Shown here one piece after another: positions 28,218 through 38,270 of a stretch of 64,000 nt of DNA. The notes under the pieces were generated by a model, which saw only the letters and a list, made by a program, of their open reading frames with translations, made no database searches and was not told the origin of the DNA. The stretch's first letter is position 1. Each line of letters starts with the position of its first letter. Origin of the DNA: an uncultured delta proteobacterium. GTDB taxonomy: Bacteria; Myxococcota_A; Polyangia; Fen-1088. Made by a program: the position numbers and the translations under genes. The stretch lies in NCBI GenBank assembly GCA_963755125.1, contig CAVWIP010000016.1, positions 1 through 64,000 of the forward strand, given 5' to 3'.

Positions 28218-28733
28218 TTAAGGTTGAACGCTGTCGAGCCATCCGGAAAGATCCTGCGCCATGCGCTCCAGACACTGCGTGCCGACCTTGGCCGGGGAGT
28301 CTAGCGCGCCTTCGGTCTTGCAGTACCCGCGCGTCTGGCCCAGATGCATGCGTCCGGACTTGGTGCGCAGGGTGACGCGCGTCTCCAGCTCCACCGTCAG
28401 CAACCCGTCGTGCCGCTCAGCCTGCGAGCGGATGAGATCGACCTGCATCTGCCAGCCGCCTTTCCGGTCGTTGCGATGGCGCTCCGCCCAGTGGGCGCAT
28501 GCTGCGCTGATGGAGTCGCCAACCGCGGGGACAACCTGGGAGAAAGCCAGGCGTGCGCCCGAAACCGGCAGAGGATCGGCAGCGCCAGCGTTGACGGGAA
28601 CCACCTCGAGATCGCCGCCGCCCGGCGACGGCGCCCCGAGGGGACGAAGCTCGACCATCTGAACGCTGCACCCGACGAGCAGAAGCACGCTCGTCCAGGC
28701 AGGGCACGATACCGCACAGGGAAGGCGAAGCAT
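28218..28733 (-). CDS. Putative lipoprotein, hypothetical
   Basis: LLLVGC lipobox; directly upstream of the SPFH gene. Confidence 0.65.
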   Translation of the reverse strand: MLRLPCAVSCPAWTSVLLLVGCSVQMVELRPLGAPSPGGGDLEVVPVNAGAADPLPVSGARLAFSQVVPAVGDSISAACAHWAERHRNDRKGGWQMQVDLIRSQAERHDGLLTVELETRVTLRTKSGRMHLGQTRGYCKTEGALDSPAKVGTQCLERMAQDLSGWLDSVQP

Positions 28734-28896
28734 GTCTCGCACAGTGTAGCAAGCCTTTGAACACAACGACGTTACCTTGTGCGTGGCCGGTTGTCTCGTA
28801 TCGTCAATTTCACGCTGCCACGATCTTGACGGACGACTGCCCCGCCAGCGCCGCCGTCCCTGTAGATCGCGATCGGCTCTCCCTATTGCTGCTATC

Positions 28897-29223
28897 ATGG
28901 TGACGATGCGTTTGTGGCTGTGCATGGGTTTCTTGGCGGGCTTCATGGCTGCCTCGCTGCCAGCGCGGGCAGAAGGTGAGGCCCTGCCGCAGATCCGCAT
29001 CAAGGTCGGCGAGGCCTACCAGCTCCATCTCGGCTTCATCATCGTGGGACTGGTGTGTGACGACACCTCGCTGGTGCGTGTCGAGGACGGCGGCGATCAC
29101 CTGCGCCTGGTGGGCCTGGCGCCGGGCCGGACCAATTGCGGCTTCTGGAGCAACCCTCAATCCCCCACGCCCTCGAGGGTCTACGAGGTCGTGGTCACGC
29201 GCGCCCCGCCCGCCAGACGCTGA
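28897..29223 (+). CDS. Small secreted Ig-like protein (pilus-formation N-terminal-like)
   Basis: Signal ending ARA; IKVGE...CDDTSLVRV...LVGLAPGRT. Confidence 0.6.
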   Translation: MVTMRLWLCMGFLAGFMAASLPARAEGEALPQIRIKVGEAYQLHLGFIIVGLVCDDTSLVRVEDGGDHLRLVGLAPGRTNCGFWSNPQSPTPSRVYEVVVTRAPPARR

Positions 29224-29235
29224 TCGCGGCTGCGC

Positions 29236-29295
29236 GACCAGCCCACCGACGCGATCCTCTTCGTGGGCCGGGTTCTCGATCCCAGCCAGAACTGA
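29236..29295 (+). pseudogene. Last ~19 codons of a second serpin gene
   Basis: DQPTDAILFVGRVLDPSQN* versus DQPTGAILFMGRVQDPSQN* at 9282-9341. Confidence 0.8.
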
Positions 29296-29451
29296 CCAGC
29301 GACGACCGGATGAGCACGAACACCACCTCATCCCGGCCTTTCATCCCTCCCTACGGATGGCCGTCCCTCAGACCCCGCCCAGAATTAGCACACGGTAGCG
29401 TCCCGGTGACCATGGCTTGTGCAAAACAACAGACGGTTGCAGCATCTGCAC

Positions 29452-30324
29452 ATGGGGTGCGCTCGCATCTTGCTCCTATCTGCTCTCTTCGCCGACGCTG
29501 GTTCGTCGCCAGGCTTGCAGAGCGCGCCGCAGGGAGCGGGCACTGCGCCCCGCATCCAACCCGAACCGGTCCGCGATGCAGGGGCCAGCCTGTCATCTGA
29601 TCAGGCACGCGACGTGTCCGCTCTGAGAAAGGCCGCTGACCAGGGACACGCCGAGGCGCAGTTTCAGCTCGGTTTCGCCTACGACTACGGCCGGGGCGTG
29701 CCGCAAGATTTCGCGGCAGCCGCGCGCTGGTACAGAAAGGCCGCCGACCAGGGACACGCTAACGCGCAGGCCGGCCTCGCCAACGCCTACGACTACGGCC
29801 AGGGCGTGCCCGAGGACCACACTGAGGCCATCCGCCTCTACAAGAAGGCCGCCGATCGGGGAAGCGTTTGGGCGCAAAGCCACCTCGGCGACGCCTACTC
29901 CAAGGGAGAATGGGTGCCGCAAGACCTGGCAGAGGCCGCACGATGGTACAAGAAGGCGAGCGACCAAGGCGATGCCGCCGCGCAATCCAACCTCGGCCTG
30001 GTCTACGACAACGGCTGGGGAGTGCCCCAGGACCACGCCGAGGCCGTGCGCTGGTACACAAAGGCTGCTCACCAGGGAGACACCTTCGCGCAATTCTCGC
30101 TGGCCAACGCTTACTACCAAGGCCGGGGCGTGGCGCAAGACCAGGCGAAGGCGTATTTCTGGGCGAATCTTGCCGCCACCCTCACCGAAAACGCAGAGCA
30201 ACACTCCTTCGTCAAGCTGCGCGACTCGATAAGCGCAAAACTCTCCCGCAGTCAGTTGACGGCCATCAACAAGAAGTGTCGCCAGTGGATGGATGCATTC
30301 GAGACGCGCAAAGGTGCAAAGTAG
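29452..30324 (+). CDS. Sel1-like repeat protein, secreted
   Basis: Five AADQG.A.AQ..LG..Y..G.GVPQD...A..WY.K repeats; start codon uncertain. Confidence 0.92.
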   Translation: MGCARILLLSALFADAGSSPGLQSAPQGAGTAPRIQPEPVRDAGASLSSDQARDVSALRKAADQGHAEAQFQLGFAYDYGRGVPQDFAAAARWYRKAADQGHANAQAGLANAYDYGQGVPEDHTEAIRLYKKAADRGSVWAQSHLGDAYSKGEWVPQDLAEAARWYKKASDQGDAAAQSNLGLVYDNGWGVPQDHAEAVRWYTKAAHQGDTFAQFSLANAYYQGRGVAQDQAKAYFWANLAATLTENAEQHSFVKLRDSISAKLSRSQLTAINKKCRQWMDAFETRKGAK

Positions 30325-30340
30325 CTTGTGGCAGGCAAGG

Positions 30341-31651
30341 CTATTGGTATAGCTGCGCGCTGGCGAGATAGCCTGTCACGCCAGCGCCGCCGGCGATGAG
30401 CACCGTCCCGGCCGGCAGCAACGTCGCCGTGTGACTCCACCTGACCATGGTCATGCTGCCGGTGGCGGTGAAGGTTCCGGCCGCCGCGTCGTATAGCTCC
30501 GCGCGCGCGCTGCCACTGTTCCCGCCTGCCATGAGCACCTCCCCGTCGTCCAGCACCGTCGCCGTGTGCGCCAGTCTGGCAATGGTCATGTTGCCGGTGG
30601 CCGTGAAAGTTCCGCCTGCCGGGTCGTATAGCTCCGCGCTCGCGAGAGCGAGGTTGCCGTCGGTTCCGCCGGCGATGAGCACCGTCCCGTTGCCCAGCGA
30701 CGCCGCCGTGTGGTTCTGCCTGACCACGATCATGCTGCCGGTGGCCGTGAAGGTTCCGCCCGCTGGGTCGTATAGCTCCGCACTGGTATCGCCACTTCCG
30801 CCGGCGACGAGCACCATCCCGTTCGGCAACGAGCTCGCCGTGTGATCAGCTCTTGCCACTGTCATGCTGCCGGTGGTCGTGAATGTCCCGGCGCCTGGGT
30901 CGTACAGCTCCGCGCTCGCAAGAGGCTCAGGAGATGTGTCTCCATCAGGTTCGTTCTCCCCGCCGGCGATGAGCACCGTCCCGTCGGGCAACAACGTCGC
31001 CGTGTGATTCCACCTTCCCGTGCTCAGGCTGCCGGTTGCGGTGAATGTCCCGGCCGCGGGGTCATACAACTCCGCGCTCGCGAGTGCGGTGCTGTCATCG
31101 GGGGTTCCACCGACGATGAGCAGCTTTCCGCTGGGCAACAACGTCGCCGTGTGCCCTGTCCTCGCCGCGATCATGCTGCCGGTGGCCGTGAAGCTACCGG
31201 CCGTTGGATCATATAGCTCCGCACTCGCGAGTGCCGCGAGGTTGTTGCCGTATCCTCCGGTAATGAGCACCATCCCCGTGCGAAGCAACGTCGCCGTGAA
31301 ATCATCCCTTGCCACCGTCATGCTGCCGGTCGGGGCGAAAACTCCTTGCAGCGCCGTCGCCAGTGCGGCGTCGCCGCCATCTCCGCCGCCCGGTGCAACG
31401 GGCGCGTCGCTGCCAGCCGCATCGCCGGCATCGCCCACGGTCCCGGCGTCCAGCGATGGCGACGCGCACACGCACGCCGCGAAGGTGCCTGCCGAATTGC
31501 ACGTCTGCGCGCCCTGCTGGCCGCTGGGGCAGGCGCAGGCGACGCTGTAGCCGGGCACGCACTTGCTGGCGTCGGCCCCGCCGCATCCGGCAAGTAAGGC
31601 GAGAAAGACACTCGAAAGCACGAAGCACGGTCTGGTGATCATGCGGATCAT
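30341..31651 (-). CDS. Kelch-repeat lipoprotein with N-terminal Cys-rich module
   Basis: LAGC; CVPG.SVACAC...GAQTC; seven kelch repeats. Confidence 0.93.
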   Translation of the reverse strand: MIRMITRPCFVLSSVFLALLAGCGGADASKCVPGYSVACACPSGQQGAQTCNSAGTFAACVCASPSLDAGTVGDAGDAAGSDAPVAPGGGDGGDAALATALQGVFAPTGSMTVARDDFTATLLRTGMVLITGGYGNNLAALASAELYDPTAGSFTATGSMIAARTGHTATLLPSGKLLIVGGTPDDSTALASAELYDPAAGTFTATGSLSTGRWNHTATLLPDGTVLIAGGENEPDGDTSPEPLASAELYDPGAGTFTTTGSMTVARADHTASSLPNGMVLVAGGSGDTSAELYDPAGGTFTATGSMIVVRQNHTAASLGNGTVLIAGGTDGNLALASAELYDPAGGTFTATGNMTIARLAHTATVLDDGEVLMAGGNSGSARAELYDAAAGTFTATGSMTMVRWSHTATLLPAGTVLIAGGAGVTGYLASAQLYQ

Positions 31652-31695
31652 GGTCGCTCAGCCCGCGCCCTCACACAAGAGGACAAGGTGACGCT

Positions 31696-32808
31696 CTACT
31701 TTGCCAGCGGCTTGCCACCGCGCTGGTACTTGACCACGGCGGCCTCGTGCTCGGCCAGGGTGGCCGAAAACTGGTGCGTGCCGTCGTTCTTCGACACGAA
31801 ATACAGATAGGGGCTGCCGTCGGGGCGCATGACCGCGGCCAGCGCGGCCCGACCCGGGTTGGCGATGGGGCCAGGCGGCAGGCCTTCGTGCGTGTACGTG
31901 TTGTACAGGTTGGCCTGGTCTTCGAGCTGGATGCGCCGGATGCGGCCATCCCACTGCGCGCAGGCGGGCGAAGCCTTGCCCAGCAAGACCGGCGCGACCG
32001 TACAGCCGTAGATGATGGTGGGGTCGGTCTGCAGCAGCTTGGGCCGGTAGCTCGGCTTGGAAAGACGGTTGATGAACACCTGGGCGATGCGCGGCCGTTC
32101 CTCGGGCTGCCCGGTTTCCTTTTCCACAATTGACGCCAGGGTCACGATGCGCGCGTCGTCGAAACCCAGCTTGTTCTTCAGCATGGCCATCCCGCTCGGA
32201 TTGGCCACGCGCAGTTCCGCGAAGACCTGGCGGTGCCGCCTGACCAGCGCCACCAGGGCGCGCGCCGCCGGCATGTGCGGCCGCAGGTGGTAGGTGTCGG
32301 GGAAGAGGTAGCCTTCCAGCGTGGGGCTGGGCAGTTCCAGGCTGCGCGCGAAAGCCGGATCCATGGCCTGGGCCAGCAGTTCAGCCTTGGGCGCGATGCC
32401 GGCTGCGTCCAGGATGTCGATGACCTCGAGCACGTTCTTGCCCTCGGGCACGGTGACCGCCACCAGCTCGTCGGCCGCGCCGCGGATCATCAGCTCGACC
32501 AGCTTGCGCGGCGTGACCGGCGCCTCGATGCGATAGTGGCCGGCCTTGAAGCGCGCGGCGACCCCGCGCTGGCCGGCGTACAGACGGAAGTAGCTCGGGT
32601 TGTCCAGCAGCCCCGCAGCAGCCAGCAAGTCGGAAACCTGGCGCGCACCCGCGCCCTTGGGGATCTCCACCTCCACCGTCCCACGCGCGGAGCCAGTGGC
32701 CGTGTCCGGGTAGCGCACGATCTTGCCGGCCACCGCCAGCAAGACCCCGCCGCCCAGCGCGGTGGTGAGCAGGAAAACCAGAAGGGCCCGCCGCATCGGC
32801 TTTGTCAT
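31696..32808 (-). CDS. mltG: Endolytic transglycosylase MltG
   Basis: LEGYLFPDTY, LASIVEKET, LQTDPT, YNTY...GLPPGPIANPG, YLYFV. Confidence 0.96.
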   Translation of the reverse strand: MTKPMRRALLVFLLTTALGGGVLLAVAGKIVRYPDTATGSARGTVEVEIPKGAGARQVSDLLAAAGLLDNPSYFRLYAGQRGVAARFKAGHYRIEAPVTPRKLVELMIRGAADELVAVTVPEGKNVLEVIDILDAAGIAPKAELLAQAMDPAFARSLELPSPTLEGYLFPDTYHLRPHMPAARALVALVRRHRQVFAELRVANPSGMAMLKNKLGFDDARIVTLASIVEKETGQPEERPRIAQVFINRLSKPSYRPKLLQTDPTIIYGCTVAPVLLGKASPACAQWDGRIRRIQLEDQANLYNTYTHEGLPPGPIANPGRAALAAVMRPDGSPYLYFVSKNDGTHQFSATLAEHEAAVVKYQRGGKPLAK

Positions 32809-33233
32809 CGCGCCATCTCCTCTCGGTGTGAATCCAGCCAGCGCTGCAAGATCACCGCGGCGGCCAGCTTGTCCACCACCTGCTTGCGCCGCGCCCGCGA
32901 AACATCCGCGGCCAACAGCGGCACCTCGGCCTCCACCGTGCTGAAACTCTCGTCGATGAGGTCGACCGGCACGGCCAGCGCCGCGTGCAGCTTCTCGGCA
33001 AAGGCGCGCGCCCGCAGCGCGGCTGGTCCTTCCTGGCCCTCGGGATCAAGGGGCAGGCCCACCACGATGTGCCCCGCGCCCGCGGCTTGCACCGCGGCGG
33101 CGATGGCCGCGATGTCGCGGCTGCCACCGTGGCGGGCGATAGTGGCGTGCGGCTGGGCCGTCAGCCCCAGGCCGTCGGACAGAGCCACGCCGATGCGACG
33201 CGACCCGAGGTCGATGCCGATGACCCTTTTCAT
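32805..33233 (-). CDS. ruvX: Holliday junction resolvase-like protein RuvX/YqgF
   Basis: GIDLGSRRIGVALSD, VVGLP, DESFST, DKLAAAVILQ. Confidence 0.93.
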   Translation of the reverse strand: MKRVIGIDLGSRRIGVALSDGLGLTAQPHATIARHGGSRDIAAIAAAVQAAGAGHIVVGLPLDPEGQEGPAALRARAFAEKLHAALAVPVDLIDESFSTVEAEVPLLAADVSRARRKQVVDKLAAAVILQRWLDSHREEMAR

Positions 33234-33293
33234 TGCAGGCGCGCAGTCTACATCGTCTTTCGCGAATCTTGGCGTCGCGGTACAACTGCACCC

Positions 33294-33596
33294 ATGTCCG
33301 ACCAAAGCAAACCGCCTGTACAGGGCCAGCAGATTCAGATCGACATCGATGAGGGGACCGCCCAGGGTACCTACACCAATCTCGTCTTCATCAATCACAC
33401 CGACGCCGAGTTCGTCATGGACTTCGTGTTCGTCCAGCCGGGTGTGCCGCGCGCGCGGGTGCGCTCGCGCATCATCTCATCGCCTCGCCACGCCAAGCGG
33501 ATGCTGCGCGCGCTGGAAGCCAACATTGCCCGCTACGAGCAGGTCTTCGGCAAGATCGAAGAGGAGCAGCACAGCGAGCCCAGCCTGATCAGTTGA
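33294..33596 (+). CDS. DUF3467-like protein
   Basis: AQGTYTNL..INH...EFVMDF...RVRSRII.SP.HAKR...AL..NI..YE..FG.I. Confidence 0.85.
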   Translation: MSDQSKPPVQGQQIQIDIDEGTAQGTYTNLVFINHTDAEFVMDFVFVQPGVPRARVRSRIISSPRHAKRMLRALEANIARYEQVFGKIEEEQHSEPSLIS

Positions 33597-33605
33597 GATG
33601 GAAAG

Positions 33606-34517
33606 CTAGATGACCGCGCCTTCCAGCGCTGCCAGCGTGCCCGCGTCGGCGTCCAGCTCGACGCGCGTTCCGTAGGGCAAGGCGCGGTTGCGTCGGCCAT
33701 GGCCGATGGGCGCGCCCAGCACCACGGGGATGCGCAGGCGGCCCAGCCGCTCGCGCAACACCTGGCTGGCCGTGACAGACGCCAGCTTGCATGAGGCGGG
33801 CTCGTCGCAGTCGATGAAATCGCCGGTGAGCAGCCCGGCCGCTGATTGCAAGACCCCAGCCAGATCCAACTGGGTCAGCAGGCGATCGAGTCGGTAGGGG
33901 CGCTCGCCCACGTCCTCGAAGAACAGGATCGCGCCCCGCAGGTCAGGCAGATAGGGCGTCCCCAGCAGGCGCGAGAAGACCTCCAGGTTGCCTCCCAGAA
34001 GGGGCCCTTGCGCGTGACCCTTGACCAGCGCTTCCAGGCCCGAGCACAACAAGCGCGCGTCCGGTTGTTCCAGCGCCGCGAAAAGCGCGTCGTGATCCTC
34101 CGGGGCCAGGCGCCCAAGCTGCGCGATCACTGGCCCGTGGATCGAGGCCAGGCCCGCCCGTGCCGCCTGCGCCAGCAGCAAAGTTCCGTCGGAGAATCCC
34201 ACGATGGGCTTGGCCGCAGTCCGCAGCAGTTCGGGCTCGACGCCAGCGAGTATGCGCAGAAGCCCGTAGCCACCACGGCCCATGATGATGGCGCGTGCGT
34301 CGGGATCGCGCAGCGCCGCCAGCAGTTCGGCCAGGCGAATGTGGTCCGGCCCGGCGCAAAAGCCGGTGGCGCGAAACAAGGAAGCCGGATCGTAGCGAAG
34401 CTGGTAGCGGGCCGACAGCACCGCCGCGCCGTGAGCGAAGTCGTCGGGAGGGATAGGCCCCGAGGGCGCCACCACCCGGACCACATCACCAGGCCGCAGA
34501 TGCGGGGGCCGGAGCAC
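33606..34517 (-). CDS. LD-carboxypeptidase (peptidase S66)
   Basis: RGGYG, GFSD, HGP, GGNL, EDVGE, IGHG. Confidence 0.92.
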   Translation of the reverse strand: MLRPPHLRPGDVVRVVAPSGPIPPDDFAHGAAVLSARYQLRYDPASLFRATGFCAGPDHIRLAELLAALRDPDARAIIMGRGGYGLLRILAGVEPELLRTAAKPIVGFSDGTLLLAQAARAGLASIHGPVIAQLGRLAPEDHDALFAALEQPDARLLCSGLEALVKGHAQGPLLGGNLEVFSRLLGTPYLPDLRGAILFFEDVGERPYRLDRLLTQLDLAGVLQSAAGLLTGDFIDCDEPASCKLASVTASQVLRERLGRLRIPVVLGAPIGHGRRNRALPYGTRVELDADAGTLAALEGAVI

Positions 34518-34527
34518 GGGAAATTAC

Positions 34528-35244
34528 CTAGCGGCGCCGCTTGGTGCGACGCCGTCCACCGGAGCCTTGTACCGGTCGCGCGGGTGGCAGATCGCCCGCG
34601 ATGGGCGCCGCCACCTCCCCGGACCCGGACGACTCGTCCGATGCCTGGACGGCGTCGGAAGCTGCTTCGGGACCACTGGCGGCTGCCTCTTGTGGCGCGC
34701 CGTTGGCACCGGAGCCGCCAGCCGTGGAAACCGACTCGGGAACAGTAGCGCTCTCTGTCGCTCCCGCAGGTGCTGCAGCCTCGGCCGGGGCTGCCTCCGC
34801 CGCAACCGGCTGCTCCGCGACAGACGGCGCGGCCTGCTCCACAGATGAAACCGGCGGAGAAACCGATTCCGCGGGAGCCGCAGCCGGGCTTGCAGGCACC
34901 ACTTCGACAGCCGCGGCCGGCGGTGCGACGGCAGCAGGCGCCTGCGTGGCTGCCGCGGCGCTGGCGGGCTTGGCCGCGGGCGGCGGCGGGATCCACATGG
35001 ACGCACCGGCTTCGTCTGACCGGGCCGGCCGCACCTGCATTCCGCTGCCTGTTCCGTCGGCAGATTCCACCACGCGCAAGACCCGCACGGTAACCAGCTC
35101 GTCTGGCGAACGCAGGCCCAGCAGCGTGCCCACCGGAAGCGGATCCTTCATGACGACGAAGAACTCGCCTCCTTCGCTCTCACGAACTTCCTCGCTGCGA
35201 GCTATCACAACGCCTGCGTAGCAGATATCAAGCGGCGCTTGCAT
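34528..35244 (-). CDS. Hypothetical protein with Ala/Pro/Glu-rich linker and basic tail
   Basis: Globular N-terminus (DPLPVGTLL), low-complexity middle, RRRTKRRR end; co-oriented with neighbours. Confidence 0.65.
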   Translation of the reverse strand: MQAPLDICYAGVVIARSEEVRESEGGEFFVVMKDPLPVGTLLGLRSPDELVTVRVLRVVESADGTGSGMQVRPARSDEAGASMWIPPPPAAKPASAAAATQAPAAVAPPAAAVEVVPASPAAAPAESVSPPVSSVEQAAPSVAEQPVAAEAAPAEAAAPAGATESATVPESVSTAGGSGANGAPQEAAASGPEAASDAVQASDESSGSGEVAAPIAGDLPPARPVQGSGGRRRTKRRR

Positions 35245-35295
35245 GGCGGCGTCAGTCTACAGGGGTGGGCGGCATGCGAGCAAGCGCCGTTCGCT

Positions 35296-36003
35296 CTACT
35301 TGCCTTTCTTGCCGGCTGCCGGGGCGCCACCCATCATCTGCGCCGGATCGAATGGCTTGGCCGGCCCGGTGATGCTGGGCTTGGCGCCGCTGCCGGTGGC
35401 GACCAGTTCCAGGGTGGCAGGCGGGACGGGCGGGTGGCTGGCCTTGCCGGTGCTCGGCTCGGGCGTGGTCACGAACTTGACCAGGCCGAGCGGCGGAACC
35501 TCTTCGCTGACCCACACATCGACGGTACCCACCGACGTGTGATCCCGGTAGTGGGTGGTCTTGAATGATCCGGCCGTCACCTTGATGGTTTCCTTGCCCA
35601 CCAGGGTCTTGGGGTCGGGTTTCTGGAACTTCTGCGTGGGCGCATCCGGCGGCGCCTGCATCGGGTCGCCGTCGCCGATCTGCATGACGATCTCCTTGAC
35701 CGGCTTGGCCGCGCCGATGGGATCGGGATCGAGAACCATCTTCAGGGTGATCTTGCCCCCCATCCGGGCGGCTGGCCCGCCCTGCATCGCCATCTCCACC
35801 ATGGTCGAACTGGCGTCACGAGCCACCAGCGCCCAGCGCGACTTCATCTTGACGTCCCCAAAACTCATACCGTAGTCCGCCCAGCTTCCGACCGCGGCCT
35901 TCTTCAGATCGACAACCAGGGGCAGGGACTGCGGTGCCCCGGCGGATTGGGCCACCGCAACCGCGGGCAGCAGGACCAGGGCAAGGGCGATGATGCGTTT
36001 CAT
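35296..36003 (-). CDS. Secreted protein with ETIxVxAGxF motif
   Basis: Signal MKRIIALALVLLPAVAVA; VGSWADY; KETIKVTAGSFKT; WVSEEVPP.GLVK. Confidence 0.8.
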   Translation of the reverse strand: MKRIIALALVLLPAVAVAQSAGAPQSLPLVVDLKKAAVGSWADYGMSFGDVKMKSRWALVARDASSTMVEMAMQGGPAARMGGKITLKMVLDPDPIGAAKPVKEIVMQIGDGDPMQAPPDAPTQKFQKPDPKTLVGKETIKVTAGSFKTTHYRDHTSVGTVDVWVSEEVPPLGLVKFVTTPEPSTGKASHPPVPPATLELVATGSGAKPSITGPAKPFDPAQMMGGAPAAGKKGK

Positions 36004-36191
36004 GGAATCTCCTTCTGTGGGTGCCTCTCCCATGGCCTGCGACGCACGCAGGACCGCTGGGACAACCTCTTAGCCTTGTCTAGCGCGATTGCAGGATCAA
36101 GGCGACAAGGAAAGGCGCTCCCCACACTTCCGCTTGCGCTTTCCCGTTTCACGTCGATGATCGGGTGAAATCCGTGAAAAGGAGTGATCTC

Positions 36192-36896
36192 ATGCGCAAC
36201 ATCCTCACCGCCGTTTTGGCGCTCAGCCTTGCGGGCTGCGCGCCGTCGATCAACCCCCAGATGAAGGCCGCCACCGACAGCCTGGCGGGCTCGTTCCAGG
36301 CACAAGGCCGCAACCAGGCGGCACCAGCGGTGTACGACCCCACGCCATGGGCCGTCGGGCAGTGGATCGTCCAGCGCACGGTGGACGACAAGGGCAACGT
36401 TGCCATCCAGCGAATCAGTGTCGTGGCTGCGGAGGGCGATGGCATGTGGTTGGAATTCGACCGGCAGGACTACTTCCACCACAACATCACCAAGATCCTC
36501 TACAGTCACATGCCGCGCACGGTTGACGAGGCCGCTGACGTCCTTTTGAAGGTGATCACCAAGACCGACGACAAGCCAGCCCAGACCATCGACTTCGCGA
36601 CCATGCCTCTGGCCGCCCTGATGAAGAATCAGTTCAAGGCAGTGGCTCAGAACGCCGTGGTCTCGGCCGACGTGACCCAGGCGCCCAAGGAAACCGTGAC
36701 CGTTCCCGCAGGCACCTTCCAGGCCTGCGCCAAGTTCGCGGTCCAGGTCTCGGTCATGGGCGTGACCCAGAAATCGACGTCGTGGTTCCACCCGGCGGTC
36801 CCCATCAACGGGTCCGTGAAGGGCGTCTCCGACGACGGCAAGTGGTCGGTCGAGTTGCTTGACTACGGCACCAGCGGGGCCACCAGCAAGCTCTAG
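36192..36896 (+). CDS. Lipoprotein with ETVTVPAGTF motif
   Basis: LAGC; VGQW; KETVTVPAGTF; WFHPAVPINGSVK. Confidence 0.8.
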   Translation: MRNILTAVLALSLAGCAPSINPQMKAATDSLAGSFQAQGRNQAAPAVYDPTPWAVGQWIVQRTVDDKGNVAIQRISVVAAEGDGMWLEFDRQDYFHHNITKILYSHMPRTVDEAADVLLKVITKTDDKPAQTIDFATMPLAALMKNQFKAVAQNAVVSADVTQAPKETVTVPAGTFQACAKFAVQVSVMGVTQKSTSWFHPAVPINGSVKGVSDDGKWSVELLDYGTSGATSKL

Positions 36897-36898
36897 CA

Positions 36899-37648
36899 CT
36901 ACGACATCTGGCTGCCGCCACACACCGGTAGATAAGTGCCGGTGATGAAGCGCGACCAGTCGGCGCAATAGAAAAGCACGGCGCCCGCCACGTCCTCGGC
37001 CTGGCCAAAACGCCGCAGTGGTGTGTGCGCGGCGACCCGCTCGCGCATCTCCTTGGACATGAATGCGATGGCGTCGGTATCGGTGGCGCCGGGCGCGACC
37101 ACGTTCACGCGGATGCCACGCGGACCCAGTTCCAGGGCCAGCGACTTGGAAAATCCGTCGAGCGCGGACTTGGCCGTGGAATGGGCGACGAACCCAGGGC
37201 CCGGCACGCGCGACAGGCCGCTGCTGATGGTCACGATGCAGCCCGCCCCGCGCTGGACCATGCCCGGCACCACCGCCTGGCAGGGGTGGTAGAGTGCCTT
37301 CATCTCGCCCAGCACCTTCTTCTCGAAGTCCTCCCACTTGTACTGTACGAAGGGCGTGACCGGGAAGTGGATGCTGGCGTTGATGACCAGAATGTCCACC
37401 GGGCCCAGCGCGGCCTCGGTCTTCTCCAACATGGCCTCCACATCCTCGCGTTCGGTCACATCGGCGTGCGCCAGGATGGCCTTGCCGCCGGCGCGCACGA
37501 TCTCCTCCACGACCTTCTCACCCTTTTCGCGGCTCTGCGCATAGTTGACCGCGACCTTGGCGCCGTGGGCGGCCAACAGCTTAGCCGTAGCTGCGCCGAT
37601 GCCTCGACTGGAACCGGTGACGATGGCGACCTTGTCTCGCAGAATCAT
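36899..37648 (-). CDS. SDR oxidoreductase (FabG-like)
   Basis: TGSSRGIG, ELGPRGIRVNVVAPG, FITG; catalytic motif reads HSTAK. Confidence 0.9.
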   Translation of the reverse strand: MILRDKVAIVTGSSRGIGAATAKLLAAHGAKVAVNYAQSREKGEKVVEEIVRAGGKAILAHADVTEREDVEAMLEKTEAALGPVDILVINASIHFPVTPFVQYKWEDFEKKVLGEMKALYHPCQAVVPGMVQRGAGCIVTISSGLSRVPGPGFVAHSTAKSALDGFSKSLALELGPRGIRVNVVAPGATDTDAIAFMSKEMRERVAAHTPLRRFGQAEDVAGAVLFYCADWSRFITGTYLPVCGGSQMS

Positions 37649-37785
37649 GGGCACGCTCCTGGGGAAAAGGGAAACGGTTGCTGCGCGTCGGAGCGTAGCA
37701 CGACCGCGGCCTTCCGGCGGGGGCGCGTGGGCTGTCCCAGCCCAAAGCTTGCACGGCATGAAGTCTTGGTGGTAACACCGCAGGC

Positions 37786-38184
37786 ATGCACCCGAGACAC
37801 GCGGTCTTTCTCCTGGGGGTCGTCGCGGCGCTGGGCTGTGGCACGTCCGGGCCACCGGCGCTGGGTGGCTCGGGACCGCCGGTTCGCGGCTCGCTGGACA
37901 AGAAGGTCATCAAGGAAGTCATCCAGGAACACCACCGCGAGGTGCGGGCTTGCTACGAAGTGGAACTGGTAAAGCAACCCGACCTCGCCGGCCGCGTGCT
38001 CAGCCAGTTCACGATTTCCGGCACAGGCAACGTCGTCGCGTTTGTCGTGCGTGACTCGACCGTGGGCAACCCCGCAATCGAGGACTGTCTGCGCAGGCAC
38101 CTTTTGACCTGGAAATTCCCCAAGCCTCGCGGCGGAGGCAACGTCGACGTCGTCTACGCGTTCAACTTCTTTCCCAGTCCGTAG
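37786..38184 (+). CDS. AgmX/PglI C-terminal (TonB_C-like) domain lipoprotein
   Basis: GSLDK.VI..VI......VRACYE..L...PDLAGRV...FTI...G.V...WKFPKP.GGG.V.V.Y.F. Confidence 0.82.
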   Translation: MHPRHAVFLLGVVAALGCGTSGPPALGGSGPPVRGSLDKKVIKEVIQEHHREVRACYEVELVKQPDLAGRVLSQFTISGTGNVVAFVVRDSTVGNPAIEDCLRRHLLTWKFPKPRGGGNVDVVYAFNFFPSP

Positions 38185-38270
38185 CCCGCGCGCCATCGCG
38201 CGACACGCGCCTGAAGCGTGCTAGATACCAGGTCGCAGTTGGACTTCCAAGTGGCCCCAAGGAGACACCC

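Noticed and set aside
28874..28890. GG...TTGC boxes near 28875 and 47990 as sigma54 promoters
   Set aside because: GG-to-GC spacing is 11 nt rather than the strict 10.
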